A DNA stretch of 64,000 bases from Polyangiales bacterium (lineage in GTDB: Bacteria > Myxococcota_A > Polyangia > Polyangiales > Polyangiaceae): assembly GCA_038231275.1 (NCBI GenBank), contig JBBRLQ010000001.1:672001-736000 (forward strand), in the 5' to 3' direction. The notes beneath the pieces were generated by a model, which was not told where the DNA came from, ran no database searches, and saw only the letters and a list, made by a program, of their open reading frames with translations. The translations under genes and the position numbers were made by a program. Every line of letters begins with the position of its first letter. Position 1 is the stretch's first letter. This document shows positions 7,690 to 17,706 of the stretch, piece by piece.

Positions 7690-9969
7690 ATGAGCCATAA
7701 GGTCCTCGTCTTCGAGAGCGACGCCGCATTCGCCGGCGAGCTCCGAAATGAGCTGGGCAAGCTGGGGTGCAGTACGTCCGTCGTCGACGACGGAAACCTC
7801 GGGCTCCAGCAGGCCTCGAGCGACAGGCCGGACTTGATCCTGCTGTCGATCGAGCTGCCGCGCATGAACGGGTTCTCGGTCTGCAACAAGCTGAAGAAGG
7901 ACCCTTCGCTCAAGGACGTGCCGCTCATCATCATGTCGAGCGAGTCGAGCGACGAGACGTTCGAGCAGCACCGAAAGCTCCGGACGCGCGCCGAGGACTA
8001 CGTCCACAAGCCGATCGCGTTCGGAGAGCTGCTTCAGCACATCCAGACGTTCGTGAAGCTCGGGGCAGGCGAGGCCCCCGGCGCGGAGGATCCGATCATC
8101 ATCGACGAGGAGATCGCCGTCGAGGAGACGGACGCCTCGATGAAGGTCTCCGCGCCCCCGCAGCAGCAGCAGCAGCACCAGCACCACCAGCACCACCAGC
8201 AGCGCAACAACGACGTCGATCCCGAGGTGGACTCGTTCGCCGACGCCGCGTTCGGGCGCATTCAGGCCGAGGCGCCCAAGCGCAGGAACGGTGCGCCGCT
8301 GGCGGCGGTGACCGACGAGGTCCAAGCCGTGCACGCTCCGGATCCCGAGCCCATGGCCGCGCCACGGAGCGTCTCGCCGCGCAGCGGTGGCGCCGACCCG
8401 GCCGAGCTCGAACGCGCGCGCGGGGACGCCGATCGCGCCCGCGCTCGGTCCGCGGAGCTGGAGAAGGAGCTCGCCTCCGCCCGTGAGGAGGTGATTCGCC
8501 TCCGCGACGAGGCCGACGGCAAGGCGAACGAGCTCGAGCAAAAGTTCGGGCGGGAGATCGAGGAGCTGAAGACGAAGCTCGCGAGCTCCGGCGGCAAGGC
8601 CGGCGGCGGCGTCTCGAGCCGGGAATTTCTGGACCTCCGCGAGGCGCTCAACAAGAAGGACAAGGAGATCCTGTCCATCAAGGAGGCGCTGACCAAGAAG
8701 GACAAGGAGATCTACGAGTCTCGCGACAAGTCGCTCGCCCTGGAGCGCGCGAAGAGCGATCTCGACGACAAGATCCTCGCCGCCGATCGCGACGTTGCCG
8801 ACGCGCGCGAGAAGATCGAAGCGCTGACGGCCGACAAGGACAACGCGAAGAAGGTCGGCGAGGACCTGAAGGCGCGCCTCGGGCGATCGCAGGCCGACGT
8901 CGAGGCGAAGCTCAAGGAGATCGCCGAGCTCAAGGCAAAGGCGCAAGACGACGCGGGCGCCCACGACGCGCACGTCGCGCGACTCGGCGAAGCGCACGCC
9001 GGAGCGCTCGAGCAGGCGGCCGACGAGAAATCGCAGGCGCTCGCAGAGGCCGAGTCGCAAAAGGCGAAGGCGCTCGAAGATCAGGCGCGCGCCGGCGATC
9101 GCTCCAAGGCCGAGGCCATCGCCGCGCGCGAGGCCGAGCTCAAGGCCGAGTCGGACCACAAGCTGGCGTCGCTCCATCGCGCGCAGCAGGACGAGCTCGC
9201 CAAGCAGCGCGGTGAGCACGATCGCGTCCTCAACGACTTCACCACCAAGTACGATCGGCAGCTCTCGGACGCGCTCGCTCGTCACGAAGCGGAGCTGGCG
9301 GCGGCGGAGGCGAGGCGCGCAGAGGACGTCGCGAACGCCGAGCGCACGGGCGCCGAGGCGCTGAGCCAACGCGAGCGCGAGCTCACCGGCGCCCACGACG
9401 AGCGCGTGTCGAAGCTCGAGTCCGATCGCGACGGTCGAATCGCGCTGCTCGAGGCGGACCGCGCGCAGAGGATCTCGTCCCTCGAGGCGGAGCGCGACGC
9501 CAAGATCGCGGCGCTCGAGGCGGAGCGCGACGCCAAGATCGCGGCGCTCGAGGCCGATCGCGACGCGCGCATCGCCGCGCTCGAGAACGATCGGGATGCC
9601 CGCATCGCGCAGCTGGAGACGCGCTCGGCGAACCAGCTCGCGGAGATGAGGGAGGACGCGGAGGCCCAGAAGGCCGAGGCGGACGGAAAGATCGCGGAGC
9701 TCACGCGCAACCTCACGCAGACGACGGAGCGACGCGATCAGCTCGACACGCAGCTCGGACGCGCGCGGGAGACGATCGCGACGCTCGAGGCCAACCTCGC
9801 GGCGACCAAGGAGTCGCTCGACGACACCGCGCGACGCCTGGCGCAGGAGACGGATCGCGCGAACCGCGCCGTCGCCAAGTGGGACGCCGACAAGGGCTCG
9901 CTCGACCGCGCGAAGGACGCGCTCGCCGTCGCGCTCGCGCAGATCGAAGAAGCCGAAGCGCGCAGCTGA
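7690..9969 (+). CDS. FrzS/AglZ-like pseudo-receiver protein with long coiled coil
   Basis: N-terminal receiver KVLVFESD...RPDLILLSIELP...CNKLKKD...QHRKLRTRAEDYVHKP has Ser at the phospho-Asp position. It is followed by a Gln/His linker and about 500 aa of Ala/Glu/Lys/Arg-rich coiled coil. Confidence 0.8.
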   Translation: MSHKVLVFESDAAFAGELRNELGKLGCSTSVVDDGNLGLQQASSDRPDLILLSIELPRMNGFSVCNKLKKDPSLKDVPLIIMSSESSDETFEQHRKLRTRAEDYVHKPIAFGELLQHIQTFVKLGAGEAPGAEDPIIIDEEIAVEETDASMKVSAPPQQQQQHQHHQHHQQRNNDVDPEVDSFADAAFGRIQAEAPKRRNGAPLAAVTDEVQAVHAPDPEPMAAPRSVSPRSGGADPAELERARGDADRARARSAELEKELASAREEVIRLRDEADGKANELEQKFGREIEELKTKLASSGGKAGGGVSSREFLDLREALNKKDKEILSIKEALTKKDKEIYESRDKSLALERAKSDLDDKILAADRDVADAREKIEALTADKDNAKKVGEDLKARLGRSQADVEAKLKEIAELKAKAQDDAGAHDAHVARLGEAHAGALEQAADEKSQALAEAESQKAKALEDQARAGDRSKAEAIAAREAELKAESDHKLASLHRAQQDELAKQRGEHDRVLNDFTTKYDRQLSDALARHEAELAAAEARRAEDVANAERTGAEALSQRERELTGAHDERVSKLESDRDGRIALLEADRAQRISSLEAERDAKIAALEAERDAKIAALEADRDARIAALENDRDARIAQLETRSANQLAEMREDAEAQKAEADGKIAELTRNLTQTTERRDQLDTQLGRARETIATLEANLAATKESLDDTARRLAQETDRANRAVAKWDADKGSLDRAKDALAVALAQIEEAEARS
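9415..9615 (+). repeat. Coding 33-bp (11-aa, hendecad) tandem repeat, about 6 copies
   Basis: LESDRDGRIAL / LEADRAQRISS / LEAERDAKIAA / LEAERDAKIAA / LEADRDARIAA / LENDRDARIAQ. Two DNA copies (9481-9546) are identical. Confidence 0.85.
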
Positions 9970-9987
9970 GGAGCCCGCCCGGCCGCC

Positions 9988-11322
9988 TCAGATTCCAGCG
10001 CGGAGGACGACCTTGCGCGCCTCGGTCCGCGCGCGCGCGGCGATCGCGGTGGGATCGTGACGCACGGGCTCGCCGTTCTTGACGAGGATTTCCCCGTCGA
10101 CGACGACGTGGACGACGTCGGCCGACGTGCACGCGTACACGAGCTTCGAGAAGACGTCGGTGCCTGGCTCGGCGTGAACGGCGTCGAGGCGCACGACCAC
10201 GAAATCGGCGCGCTTGCCCACCTCCAGCGAGCCGATGTCGTCGCCGAGCCCCAGCGCGCGTGCGCCGTCGATCGTCGCGAGGCGAAGCGCACGTCGCGCA
10301 GGGAGCGAGGTCGTGCCCGTGCGCACCTTCGCGAGGAGGGCGGCGTGACGGAGCTCGGTCCACGGGTCCATGTTGTTGTTGCACGGCGCACCGTCAGCCC
10401 CCAGCGCGAGCTGCACGCCGAGGGCGTCGAGCTCCGCGACGCGCGCGATTCCGGAGCCGAGCTTCAGGTTGGCGCTGGGGCAGTGCACGACGCGCGTTCC
10501 GTCGGCGGCGAGGATGCGCGCTTCGTCGTCGGTGAGCTGAACTCCATGCGCGAGGATCGCGCGCGGACCTTTGACGCCCCAGGAACGAAGGACCTCGATG
10601 TCGTCGCGGCCGAGCGCGGCGCGCACGGCTTCTCGCTCGCTCGGGTGCTCGGCGGCGTGGGTATGCACGAGCGCGCCCGACGCGGCGGCACGCTCGCACG
10701 CGCCGCGAACGAGCGCTTCGGTGCACGAGAGGATGAAGCGCGGCGCGTAGCCGTAGCCGATGCGCCCGTCCCCCTTGCCTTGCCAGGCGGCGCAGAGGCG
10801 CTCGCTCTCGTCGAGGCTGGCCCGCGTGGACTCGCGGAGGCCGGCCGGGACGCCGTCGCCCTGGTCCATCATCGTCTTGCCGCTCTTCGCGCGGATGCCG
10901 CTCCGCGCGCACGCGTCCATCACCGCGTCGTGCGCGCGCACCGTCCCCATGTCGAGGATGGTCGTGGTGCCTGCGCGGATCATCTCGGCGAGCCCGAGCT
11001 CCGCGCTCGCCGCCAGCGACCGCTCGTCGTGCGCCGCCTCGAGCGGCCAGATGCGCGTCTTCAGCCACTCGAGGAGCGGCATGTCGTCGGCCATCCCGCG
11101 GAAGAGGGCCTGGCAGAGGTGCACGTGGGCCTGCACGAAGCCCGGAATCACCGCGCAGCCACCGGCGTCGAGGACGCGCGTGATCTCCGCAGGCTCGCGC
11201 CCGCGCCGCGCTGCGCCTCCGACCTGGGTCAGCGCGCCGTCCCGAACGACCAGGTCTCCTATGGCGATCCGGTCCTCGGGATCGCACGTCACGAGGGTGC
11301 CCCCGCGCACTGTGAGCTGCAT
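9988..11322 (-). CDS. Metal-dependent amidohydrolase, MTA/SAH or 5'-deoxyadenosine deaminase family
   Basis: PGFVQAHVHLCQ, HTHAAEH, AHGV, HCPSANLKLGSG, LGADGAPCNN and GSLEVGKRADF. Start corrected to MQLTVRGG. Confidence 0.9.
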   Translation of the reverse strand: MQLTVRGGTLVTCDPEDRIAIGDLVVRDGALTQVGGAARRGREPAEITRVLDAGGCAVIPGFVQAHVHLCQALFRGMADDMPLLEWLKTRIWPLEAAHDERSLAASAELGLAEMIRAGTTTILDMGTVRAHDAVMDACARSGIRAKSGKTMMDQGDGVPAGLRESTRASLDESERLCAAWQGKGDGRIGYGYAPRFILSCTEALVRGACERAAASGALVHTHAAEHPSEREAVRAALGRDDIEVLRSWGVKGPRAILAHGVQLTDDEARILAADGTRVVHCPSANLKLGSGIARVAELDALGVQLALGADGAPCNNNMDPWTELRHAALLAKVRTGTTSLPARRALRLATIDGARALGLGDDIGSLEVGKRADFVVVRLDAVHAEPGTDVFSKLVYACTSADVVHVVVDGEILVKNGEPVRHDPTAIAARARTEARKVVLRAGI

Positions 11323-11368
11323 CTGCCGGGAGAATACCGGTTTTCTGCTAAGCTCCCGCCTCCAAAAG

Positions 11369-12988
11369 ATGCCTTCGCGGATCCTCGTCGTCGATGACAG
11401 CGCCACGATTCGTCGCGTCGTGGGCGGCATCCTCGAGAGAGGTGGCTACGAGGTCGTGCTCGCCGCCGACGGCCAGGCGGCGCTCGAGGTGCTCACCGGC
11501 GAAGGCAAGGTCGCGATCGATCTCGTGCTGGTCGACTTCGTGATGCCGAAGCTCAACGGCTTCCAGCTTTGCCGGATGATCCGACAGAACGCGGATCTGG
11601 CGCAGCTGCCGGTCGTCTTGATGAGCGCGAAGAGCGACAAAATTCGCGATCAATTCGTGCAGCAGACCGGCGCGCTCGACGCGATCTCCAAGCCGTTCGA
11701 CGCGCAGGCCCTGGTCGCGGTGATCGATCACGCCCTCCGGCGCGTGGAGACGGGACGGGCCAGCGCGGCGCAGTTGCCCGAGCTCGACGACGACGAGTTG
11801 CCCGAGCCCGTCCTCACCGGAATCGACGAAGCGATGCGCCGCACGCGCGTGACGTCCGAGGTGAGCGCCCGGGTCGCGCGGTGGGTGGCCCCGGCGCTTG
11901 CCCGCGTCGACGGCGCGCCGAGCCCCGACGCGCTCGCGACCGAGCTCGAGACCTCGCTCGACGACGCGGCGCTCCAGGATTTGCGCGACGCGCTGGGGCC
12001 ACTCGACGACGGCGCGGGCAGCGGCTCGGTCCTCGGCGGCGAGTTCGGGGCGCTCCCCCTCGGCGCCGTCCTCCAACTTCTCCAGGTCGAAGGGCAATCC
12101 GGCGAGCTCACCGTGAGGAGCGACGCTCGCGAAGTGATCCTCACGCTGCGGGGCGGCCTGATCGATCTCGTGCAGTCGCGAGGGACGACCGACGAGTTTC
12201 GGCTTGGGCGCTTCTTCGTGGAAGAAGGCCTCCTCACGCCGGCCGAGCTGGCGGCGTTCGTCGAGATCGATGCCCCAGCGAGCAGGCATGTGCCGCCCCG
12301 CTCGGGGAAGTTCGACCGCGCGACCATGAAGCAGCTCGCCGAGGGGCCGGTGAGCGTCACGTCGGACACGAACCCCGAAGGGTTCCACGCCGCCGATCTC
12401 GAGGCAGAGACGATGCGCCTCGCTCCTGGTGAGGCCCAGGAGCTGATCAAGAAGGCGGAGGCCGACGCGATCGCGAGCGGAGCGATCTCGCCGACGGCGC
12501 CCGATGGGGTGAACGCCGCGCCGCCGCGCCTCCTCGGCGATCGATTGCTCGCCGGGGGCCGGATCACCGCCGAGCAGCTGCGCGCCGCGCTCGTGCGTCA
12601 GTCGAGCGAGCTCGTCTACGAGCTCTTGCGCTGGAACAAGGGGCGCTTCGCGTTCCGTCGCCGTCCCCCGTCCGCCGCCGCCGCCGCCGCGAAGCTCGGC
12701 CTCACGGTGCCGGCCGTCGTCATGGAGGGGTTCCGCCGCGTCGACGAATGGCGGGGCCTCGAAGGCGCGGTCGGCGACTTCGACGGCGTGCTCGCGCAGG
12801 ACGCCTTCGCACTCGCGTCGCTCCCCCCCGAAAGGCTCACCCCGAAGGAGCGCGCCGTCCTCGACGCGATCGACGGCGAGCGGACCTTGCGCGAGGTCAT
12901 CGCCGCGAGCCACATGTCGAGCTTCGACGCGTGCCGCGTCCTCGCCGAGCTCCTTGCCGCGCGCCTGGTTCGCCGTCACGTCGGCTGA
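11369..12988 (+). CDS. Response regulator receiver plus DUF4388-like domain protein
   Basis: MPSRILVVDDS...LVDFVMPKLNG...KPFD is an intact receiver. It is followed by GEFGALPLGAVLQLLQVEGQSGEL...LLRWNKGRFAF...VMEGFRRVDEW and a C-terminal wHTH-like segment. Confidence 0.85.
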   Translation: MPSRILVVDDSATIRRVVGGILERGGYEVVLAADGQAALEVLTGEGKVAIDLVLVDFVMPKLNGFQLCRMIRQNADLAQLPVVLMSAKSDKIRDQFVQQTGALDAISKPFDAQALVAVIDHALRRVETGRASAAQLPELDDDELPEPVLTGIDEAMRRTRVTSEVSARVARWVAPALARVDGAPSPDALATELETSLDDAALQDLRDALGPLDDGAGSGSVLGGEFGALPLGAVLQLLQVEGQSGELTVRSDAREVILTLRGGLIDLVQSRGTTDEFRLGRFFVEEGLLTPAELAAFVEIDAPASRHVPPRSGKFDRATMKQLAEGPVSVTSDTNPEGFHAADLEAETMRLAPGEAQELIKKAEADAIASGAISPTAPDGVNAAPPRLLGDRLLAGGRITAEQLRAALVRQSSELVYELLRWNKGRFAFRRRPPSAAAAAAKLGLTVPAVVMEGFRRVDEWRGLEGAVGDFDGVLAQDAFALASLPPERLTPKERAVLDAIDGERTLREVIAASHMSSFDACRVLAELLAARLVRRHVG

Positions 12989-13172
12989 CTCCGCGCGACC
13001 TCCACGGCCGTCCACTCCTCTAGTACCGGCGGGGCCGAAACTATCGGTGCGACGTTTCGGGTCCAAGTGTGTCTTGAGATTGGTCTGAGACGACCGGGGA
13101 AGAATGCCAGCTGGGCTCCGTATGACGGACCGTGCAGGCGTAAACATCCGCCGAAAACGCAGAGAAATCATC

Positions 13173-14795
13173 ATGAGCCAACCCGACGCATCCCCCCTAA
13201 TCGACGCCCCCGCGCTCGCTCCGTCTCCTGCCGGCACCGGCAGCGAGGCCGACGTCCAGGTCGGGCCCCTCGAGCGGGCCCAGGCGCGCGTCGGCCACGT
13301 CGTGCGCGGCAAGTGGCGTCTCGACACGCTCCTCGGCGCAGGCGGGACCGCGGCGGTCTACTCCGCGACCCACCGCAACCGCAGCCACGCGTCCGTGAAG
13401 ATGCTCCACCCGGAGCTCTCGGCAGAACCGTCGGTGCGCGCGTCCTTCCTGCGCGAAGGCTACGCGGCGAACGGCGTTCCCCACGAGGGCGTGGTCCGCG
13501 TCATCGACGACGACGTCGCCGAGGACGGCTCGGTGTTCCTCGTGATGGAGCTGCTCGAGGGGCAGACGCTCGAGGATCGCCTCGATCAGACCGCGGCGCC
13601 GCTCGCGATGGACGAGGCGTGCAAAATCACCGATCGCGTCCTCGACATCCTCGCGACCGCGCACGCGCAAGGCATCCAGCACCGCGACGTGACGCCGAAG
13701 AACGTATTTCTCCTCCGCGACGGCAAGGTCAAGCTGATCGACTTCGGCAGCGCGTTCGTCTCCGAGCTGAGCCAGCAGAGCGGCGACACGCTCGTGTGCG
13801 CGCCGATGGGGACGCCGCCGTACATGGCGCCCGAGCTCGCGCGCGGACGCTTTGCCGAAGTGGACCCCCGCGCCGACGTCTATGCGACCGGCGCGCTCCT
13901 CTACGCGATGCTGACCGGCAAGGCGCCGCGCCGCGCCGACACGGTGAACGAAGCGCTCCTTGCCGCGATGACCGAGCCGCTCCCGTCGATCGCGACGGTC
14001 CGGCCCGAGCTCCCCAAGTGCATCGTCGAGCTCGTCGATCGCGCGATCGCGTTCGAGAAGACCGATCGATGGCCCGGCGCGCGCGCCATGCACGACGCGC
14101 TCATCCTCGCGCGTGAGGGCATCTCGTCGACGCCGGATCTCGTCGCCGAGGTCGTGGGCCTCGAGGCGTCCGGCGATCCGTATGCGTGGAACGCCGCACG
14201 CACCGAGCAGGCGATCGCGCCGTACGTGGGCGAGCTCGTCTCGACGCCCGATGCGGCAGGGATGAACCCGCTCTTCGTCCGCGCAGACGGTTCGATGGCG
14301 CCGGTCGCGCGCCCCGCTCCCGCGCCGTCGTACTATCCGTCGTACGGGCCGCCCCGCAAGCAGCTGAACGTCGCCGCGGTCCTGGTGGTGGCGATCCTCG
14401 TATTCGGCGTGCTCGCCACGGCGGCGCTCCTCCTGGTCGATCGCACCCTACTACCCGGTCAGGCCAACGCCGCGACGCCCCCCAGGGTCGCCGTTCTGCC
14501 TCCTCCTCCTCCGTCGCCCCTGCGCGCCGATGATCCGATCCCGCCGCCGGCCCCGGCCGCCGATCCGCCCGTCGCCGTCGCCGCCGCTGCGCCGGTGCCC
14601 GCTCCCGCGAAGGCGGATCCTCTCCCGCCGCCGCCGCCCGCCGCGACGACCCCGCCCCCGTCGCCCCAAACGCCTCCGGCGCCCGCCGCGTCGCAGGTCG
14701 CCGCCCCGAAGTCGTCCGCGCGCGGCCCCCGCCGCCCGACGCCGCCGGTCCCGACGACCGATCCGCTCGTGCGTACGAACCCCTTCGACAAGTGA
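13173..14795 (+). CDS. Ser/Thr protein kinase with TM helix and Pro-rich extracytoplasmic tail
   Basis: LGAGGTAAVY, VKML, HRDVTPKN, DFG and GTPPYMAPE. TM is VAAVLVVAILVFGVLATAALLLV. The start could be 13104-13173. Confidence 0.9.
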   Translation: MSQPDASPLIDAPALAPSPAGTGSEADVQVGPLERAQARVGHVVRGKWRLDTLLGAGGTAAVYSATHRNRSHASVKMLHPELSAEPSVRASFLREGYAANGVPHEGVVRVIDDDVAEDGSVFLVMELLEGQTLEDRLDQTAAPLAMDEACKITDRVLDILATAHAQGIQHRDVTPKNVFLLRDGKVKLIDFGSAFVSELSQQSGDTLVCAPMGTPPYMAPELARGRFAEVDPRADVYATGALLYAMLTGKAPRRADTVNEALLAAMTEPLPSIATVRPELPKCIVELVDRAIAFEKTDRWPGARAMHDALILAREGISSTPDLVAEVVGLEASGDPYAWNAARTEQAIAPYVGELVSTPDAAGMNPLFVRADGSMAPVARPAPAPSYYPSYGPPRKQLNVAAVLVVAILVFGVLATAALLLVDRTLLPGQANAATPPRVAVLPPPPPSPLRADDPIPPPAPAADPPVAVAAAAPVPAPAKADPLPPPPPAATTPPPSPQTPPAPAASQVAAPKSSARGPRRPTPPVPTTDPLVRTNPFDK

Positions 14796-14822
14796 ATCAA
14801 ACGTCTCTAGCGTAGACGATCC

Positions 14823-15545
14823 ATGCAGAATCCAGGTGGATACGGGCCCCCCGGTGGACCGCCGGGGTACGGACAACCTCCTCAGGGCTACGGCCCGCCG
14901 CCACAGCAGCAGCAGCAGCAGCAGCAGGGCGGATACCCGATGCAGCCGCAAGGGCAGCAAGGCTACGGGCCGGCTCCCATGGGCGCCGCCGGACCTGGTG
15001 GGCCGACAGTGATGGGTGTGCCGCTCGAGCCGGGCGAGCATGTCATCTTCTTCCGCCGCCACGACTACACGATGGAGATGATCATCAACCTCGTCGTCGG
15101 GGCGCTCCTCCTGATCATCCTCATCGGGATCATCTTCATCATCCTCGGCCTCACTGTGAACAGCAGAAATCCGAAGGCGCACATCCTCACCAACCGGCGG
15201 CTCATCGTCGTGGGCGGCAAGGGGCAGGTGCAGCAGTACTACCTGAACCAGATCGCCAACATCGAGGCAGAGCGCCAACGCTCCAGCGGCGGCGGCGGGC
15301 TCCTGGGCGCGGCGATCGGCGCGGCGGTCAGCGCGGGCATGAACCACTTCGCCAATCAGAATCACAAGATGGATCCGAGCTACTGGAAGCGAACGATCGC
15401 GCTCAACCTGGTCTTCGGGAACGGCGCCCGCGCGCGCGTGCCCGCGGCGATGGGCTACGGCGGCGAGCTCGGCCTCATCACGACGCGCGCCGTCTTCAAC
15501 CGCGAAGCCGACACGCTCCCGCCGGTCCAGCAGTACCAGCCCTGA
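14823..15545 (+). CDS. Membrane protein with Pro/Gly/Gln-rich N-terminus and bacterial PH-like domain
   Basis: GYGPP and poly-Q N-terminus, hydrophobic segment IINLVVGALLLIILIGIIFIILGL, then HILTNRRLIVV. Confidence 0.7.
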   Translation: MQNPGGYGPPGGPPGYGQPPQGYGPPPQQQQQQQQGGYPMQPQGQQGYGPAPMGAAGPGGPTVMGVPLEPGEHVIFFRRHDYTMEMIINLVVGALLLIILIGIIFIILGLTVNSRNPKAHILTNRRLIVVGGKGQVQQYYLNQIANIEAERQRSSGGGGLLGAAIGAAVSAGMNHFANQNHKMDPSYWKRTIALNLVFGNGARARVPAAMGYGGELGLITTRAVFNREADTLPPVQQYQP

Positions 15546-15561
15546 GTCGAGGCCCGACCTC

Positions 15562-16446
15562 TCAGGGGCCCGGGTTCGCGAAGGTGTCGCACTCGTCGAC
15601 CTTGCCGGTGTCGAAGCCGCGCTTGAACCAGTACGCGCGCTGGCGCGACGATCCGTGCGTCCAGCGCTCGGGGTTCACGTGACCGGAGGCCTGCTTTTGT
15701 AGGCGATCGTCGCCGACCGCCGCCGCCGCGCCGAGCGCCGATTCGAGATCGCCCGTCTCGAGCAGGTGACGCTGGCGCGTCGAGTGACCCCAGATGCCGG
15801 CGAAGCAGTCGGCCTGGAGCTCCATGCGCACCGACAGCGCGTTCTTCGTGTCCGGCGTGACGCGCTGCTTGCGACGGACGCTCTCCTCGATGCCGAGGAT
15901 GTCCTGCACGTGATGGCCGACCTCGTGCGCGATGACGTACGCCTTCGCGAAATCCCCAGGCGCGCCGAAGCGCGACTCGAGCTCGCGGTAAAAACCGAGA
16001 TCGATGTAGACCTTCTGATCGGCGGGGCAATAGAAGGGGCCCATCGCGGTCTCGGCGTAGCCGCACCCGGAGCGGACGCCGTCGGTGAAGAGGACGAGGC
16101 GCGCGTGGCTGTAGGTGGCGCCGGCCTTCGGGAGCTCTCGCGTCCAGGTCTCCTGCACGTCGTCGAGGACGAACGACACGAAGTGGACGAGCTTGTCGTC
16201 GGCGGGCGTGTGCGGCGCGGGTGAGCCGGGCGCGCTAGGCGCAGCGGATCGCGGCGGCGCGGGATCGCCTCCGTCGCCGAGCGCCGCGAAGAGGTTGGTC
16301 TTGAACAGCAGCGACAGGATCGCGACCACGACGAAGCCGCCGCAGCCGAGGCGAGGACCCGCCCCGAAGCCGCCGCCCCCGCCCCCGCCTTCGCCGCGCC
16401 GATCTTCGATGTCCGCGCTGACTTGCCCGTCTTCGTTCCACCGCAT
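15562..16446 (-). CDS. Neutral zinc metallopeptidase (YpfJ / Zn_peptidase family)
   Basis: SADIEDRRG, GPFYCPADQKVYIDLGF, AYVIAHEVGHHVQ, ELQADCFAG and THGSSRQR. Confidence 0.92.
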   Translation of the reverse strand: MRWNEDGQVSADIEDRRGEGGGGGGGFGAGPRLGCGGFVVVAILSLLFKTNLFAALGDGGDPAPPRSAAPSAPGSPAPHTPADDKLVHFVSFVLDDVQETWTRELPKAGATYSHARLVLFTDGVRSGCGYAETAMGPFYCPADQKVYIDLGFYRELESRFGAPGDFAKAYVIAHEVGHHVQDILGIEESVRRKQRVTPDTKNALSVRMELQADCFAGIWGHSTRQRHLLETGDLESALGAAAAVGDDRLQKQASGHVNPERWTHGSSRQRAYWFKRGFDTGKVDECDTFANPGP

Positions 16447-16499
16447 GGCGGCGAACTTAGCCGAAGTCGCCGAGCGCCGCTCTTGGTACCCTGCACGGG

Positions 16500-16892
16500 A
16501 TGACGCTCGAGCCTCGACGCGGCGGGATCGTGCTCGACGACGGCACGCACCTTTACTTCGTCGCCGCGCACGTCGCCGAGCGCGTCGCGCCGCTGCCCGA
16601 GGTCACGCGCGTCCCCGGCACGCACCCCGATCTCGTTGGGATCGCGCTTTACGAGGGGACGATCCTCCCGGTCGTCTCGATCGGCCTCGCGCGATCGTCG
16701 ATGCTCGTCATCTCGTACCTCGGCGAGCCGATCGGGATCGTCGGCGCCGAGGTCGTCTCGAGCGGAACGTTCGACGCGGCGGGCGACGGCGCGAGCGTTC
16801 GGTACGACGGGCGCATCGCGAAACCGCTGGATTTGGCGGGAATCTACGGGCGCCTGCAGGCGGGCTCGTGGGCCGGGCGACCGCGCGCGTAG
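16500..16892 (+). CDS. CheW-like coupling protein
   Basis: VTRVPGTHPDLVGIALYEGTILPVVSI...GEPIGIV, directly upstream of the MCP-like and CheA-like genes. Confidence 0.75.
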   Translation: MTLEPRRGGIVLDDGTHLYFVAAHVAERVAPLPEVTRVPGTHPDLVGIALYEGTILPVVSIGLARSSMLVISYLGEPIGIVGAEVVSSGTFDAAGDGASVRYDGRIAKPLDLAGIYGRLQAGSWAGRPRA

Positions 16893-16923
16893 AGCCGCCG
16901 GATCGGAGTATCATCAGCGCCCC

Positions 16924-17706
16924 ATGCCCAGCGAGCCCAAGCGGCGCCTCTTCAGGCTCCTGCGCAGAACCACCAAAGGTGCCCAGGGCGGGCGGACTGC
17001 GGAGGAGGAGAACAGCCTCTGGACCGCGCACGCGCGCGCGCTCAGCGGATCGCGTGACGCCGCCGAGGCCGCGCAGCGCATCGCGTCGAGCCTCGCCAAG
17101 CAGCGCGCCTCGGTGGACGCCGCGCAGGATCGCGCGCGCGCCGTCAGCGTTCGTGCGGGTGAGGTGGCGGCCGCGACCAGGAAGCTCGTCGAGCTGTTCG
17201 ATCGCCTCGGCCTCGCCGCGCTCAACGCAGGCCTCGAGGGGGCCCGCCTCGGGGAGGGCCCGGGCAAATCGCTGACCCTGGTAGCCGACGAGGTGCGCGA
17301 TCACGCGACGCGCGGTGGCGACGGCGCGCGCGAGATCTCCGGCGCCCTCGTCGAGTGCGTGGGCGAGCTCACGCAGGTCAGCGCGCAAATCGATCGGGTG
17401 CGCGAGGCCTCCACCGAGGCGACGCAGGACGCGGCGCGCGCGGCGTCGCTGGCCGTCGAGGGAGAGCGCGCGCTCGTCGAGATGGGCGAGCGCATGAAGA
17501 AGGCGACGGGGAGCGATCCGGAGACGGCGCGCGCCATCTCGCAGGCCGCCGAACACGCGCGCGCGCTGGTCCTCGCGCTGTCGCAGATCAGCGGCAAGGT
17601 GCCGCGCGGCATCGTCGTGGGCGCGCTACGGCCGATGCTCGAGCCGCTTGGCCGGCTCCTCGACGCCGAGGGGGACGAGGACGACGACGAGACGGGGCGC
17701 GGGTGA
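16924..17706 (+). CDS. Short cytoplasmic methyl-accepting chemotaxis-like protein
   Basis: Divergent hairpin tip LGLAALNAGLEGARLGEGPGKSLTLVADEVRDHA. No TM helices. Basic N-terminus (MPSEPKRRLFRLLRR). Confidence 0.8.
   Translation: MPSEPKRRLFRLLRRTTKGAQGGRTAEEENSLWTAHARALSGSRDAAEAAQRIASSLAKQRASVDAAQDRARAVSVRAGEVAAATRKLVELFDRLGLAALNAGLEGARLGEGPGKSLTLVADEVRDHATRGGDGAREISGALVECVGELTQVSAQIDRVREASTEATQDAARAASLAVEGERALVEMGERMKKATGSDPETARAISQAAEHARALVLALSQISGKVPRGIVVGALRPMLEPLGRLLDAEGDEDDDETGRG

Noticed and set aside
13173-14795. HRDVTPKN variant suggesting a pseudokinase
   Set aside because: The catalytic Asp and Asn, the VAIK-equivalent Lys and DFG are all present, and such substitutions occur in active bacterial kinases.
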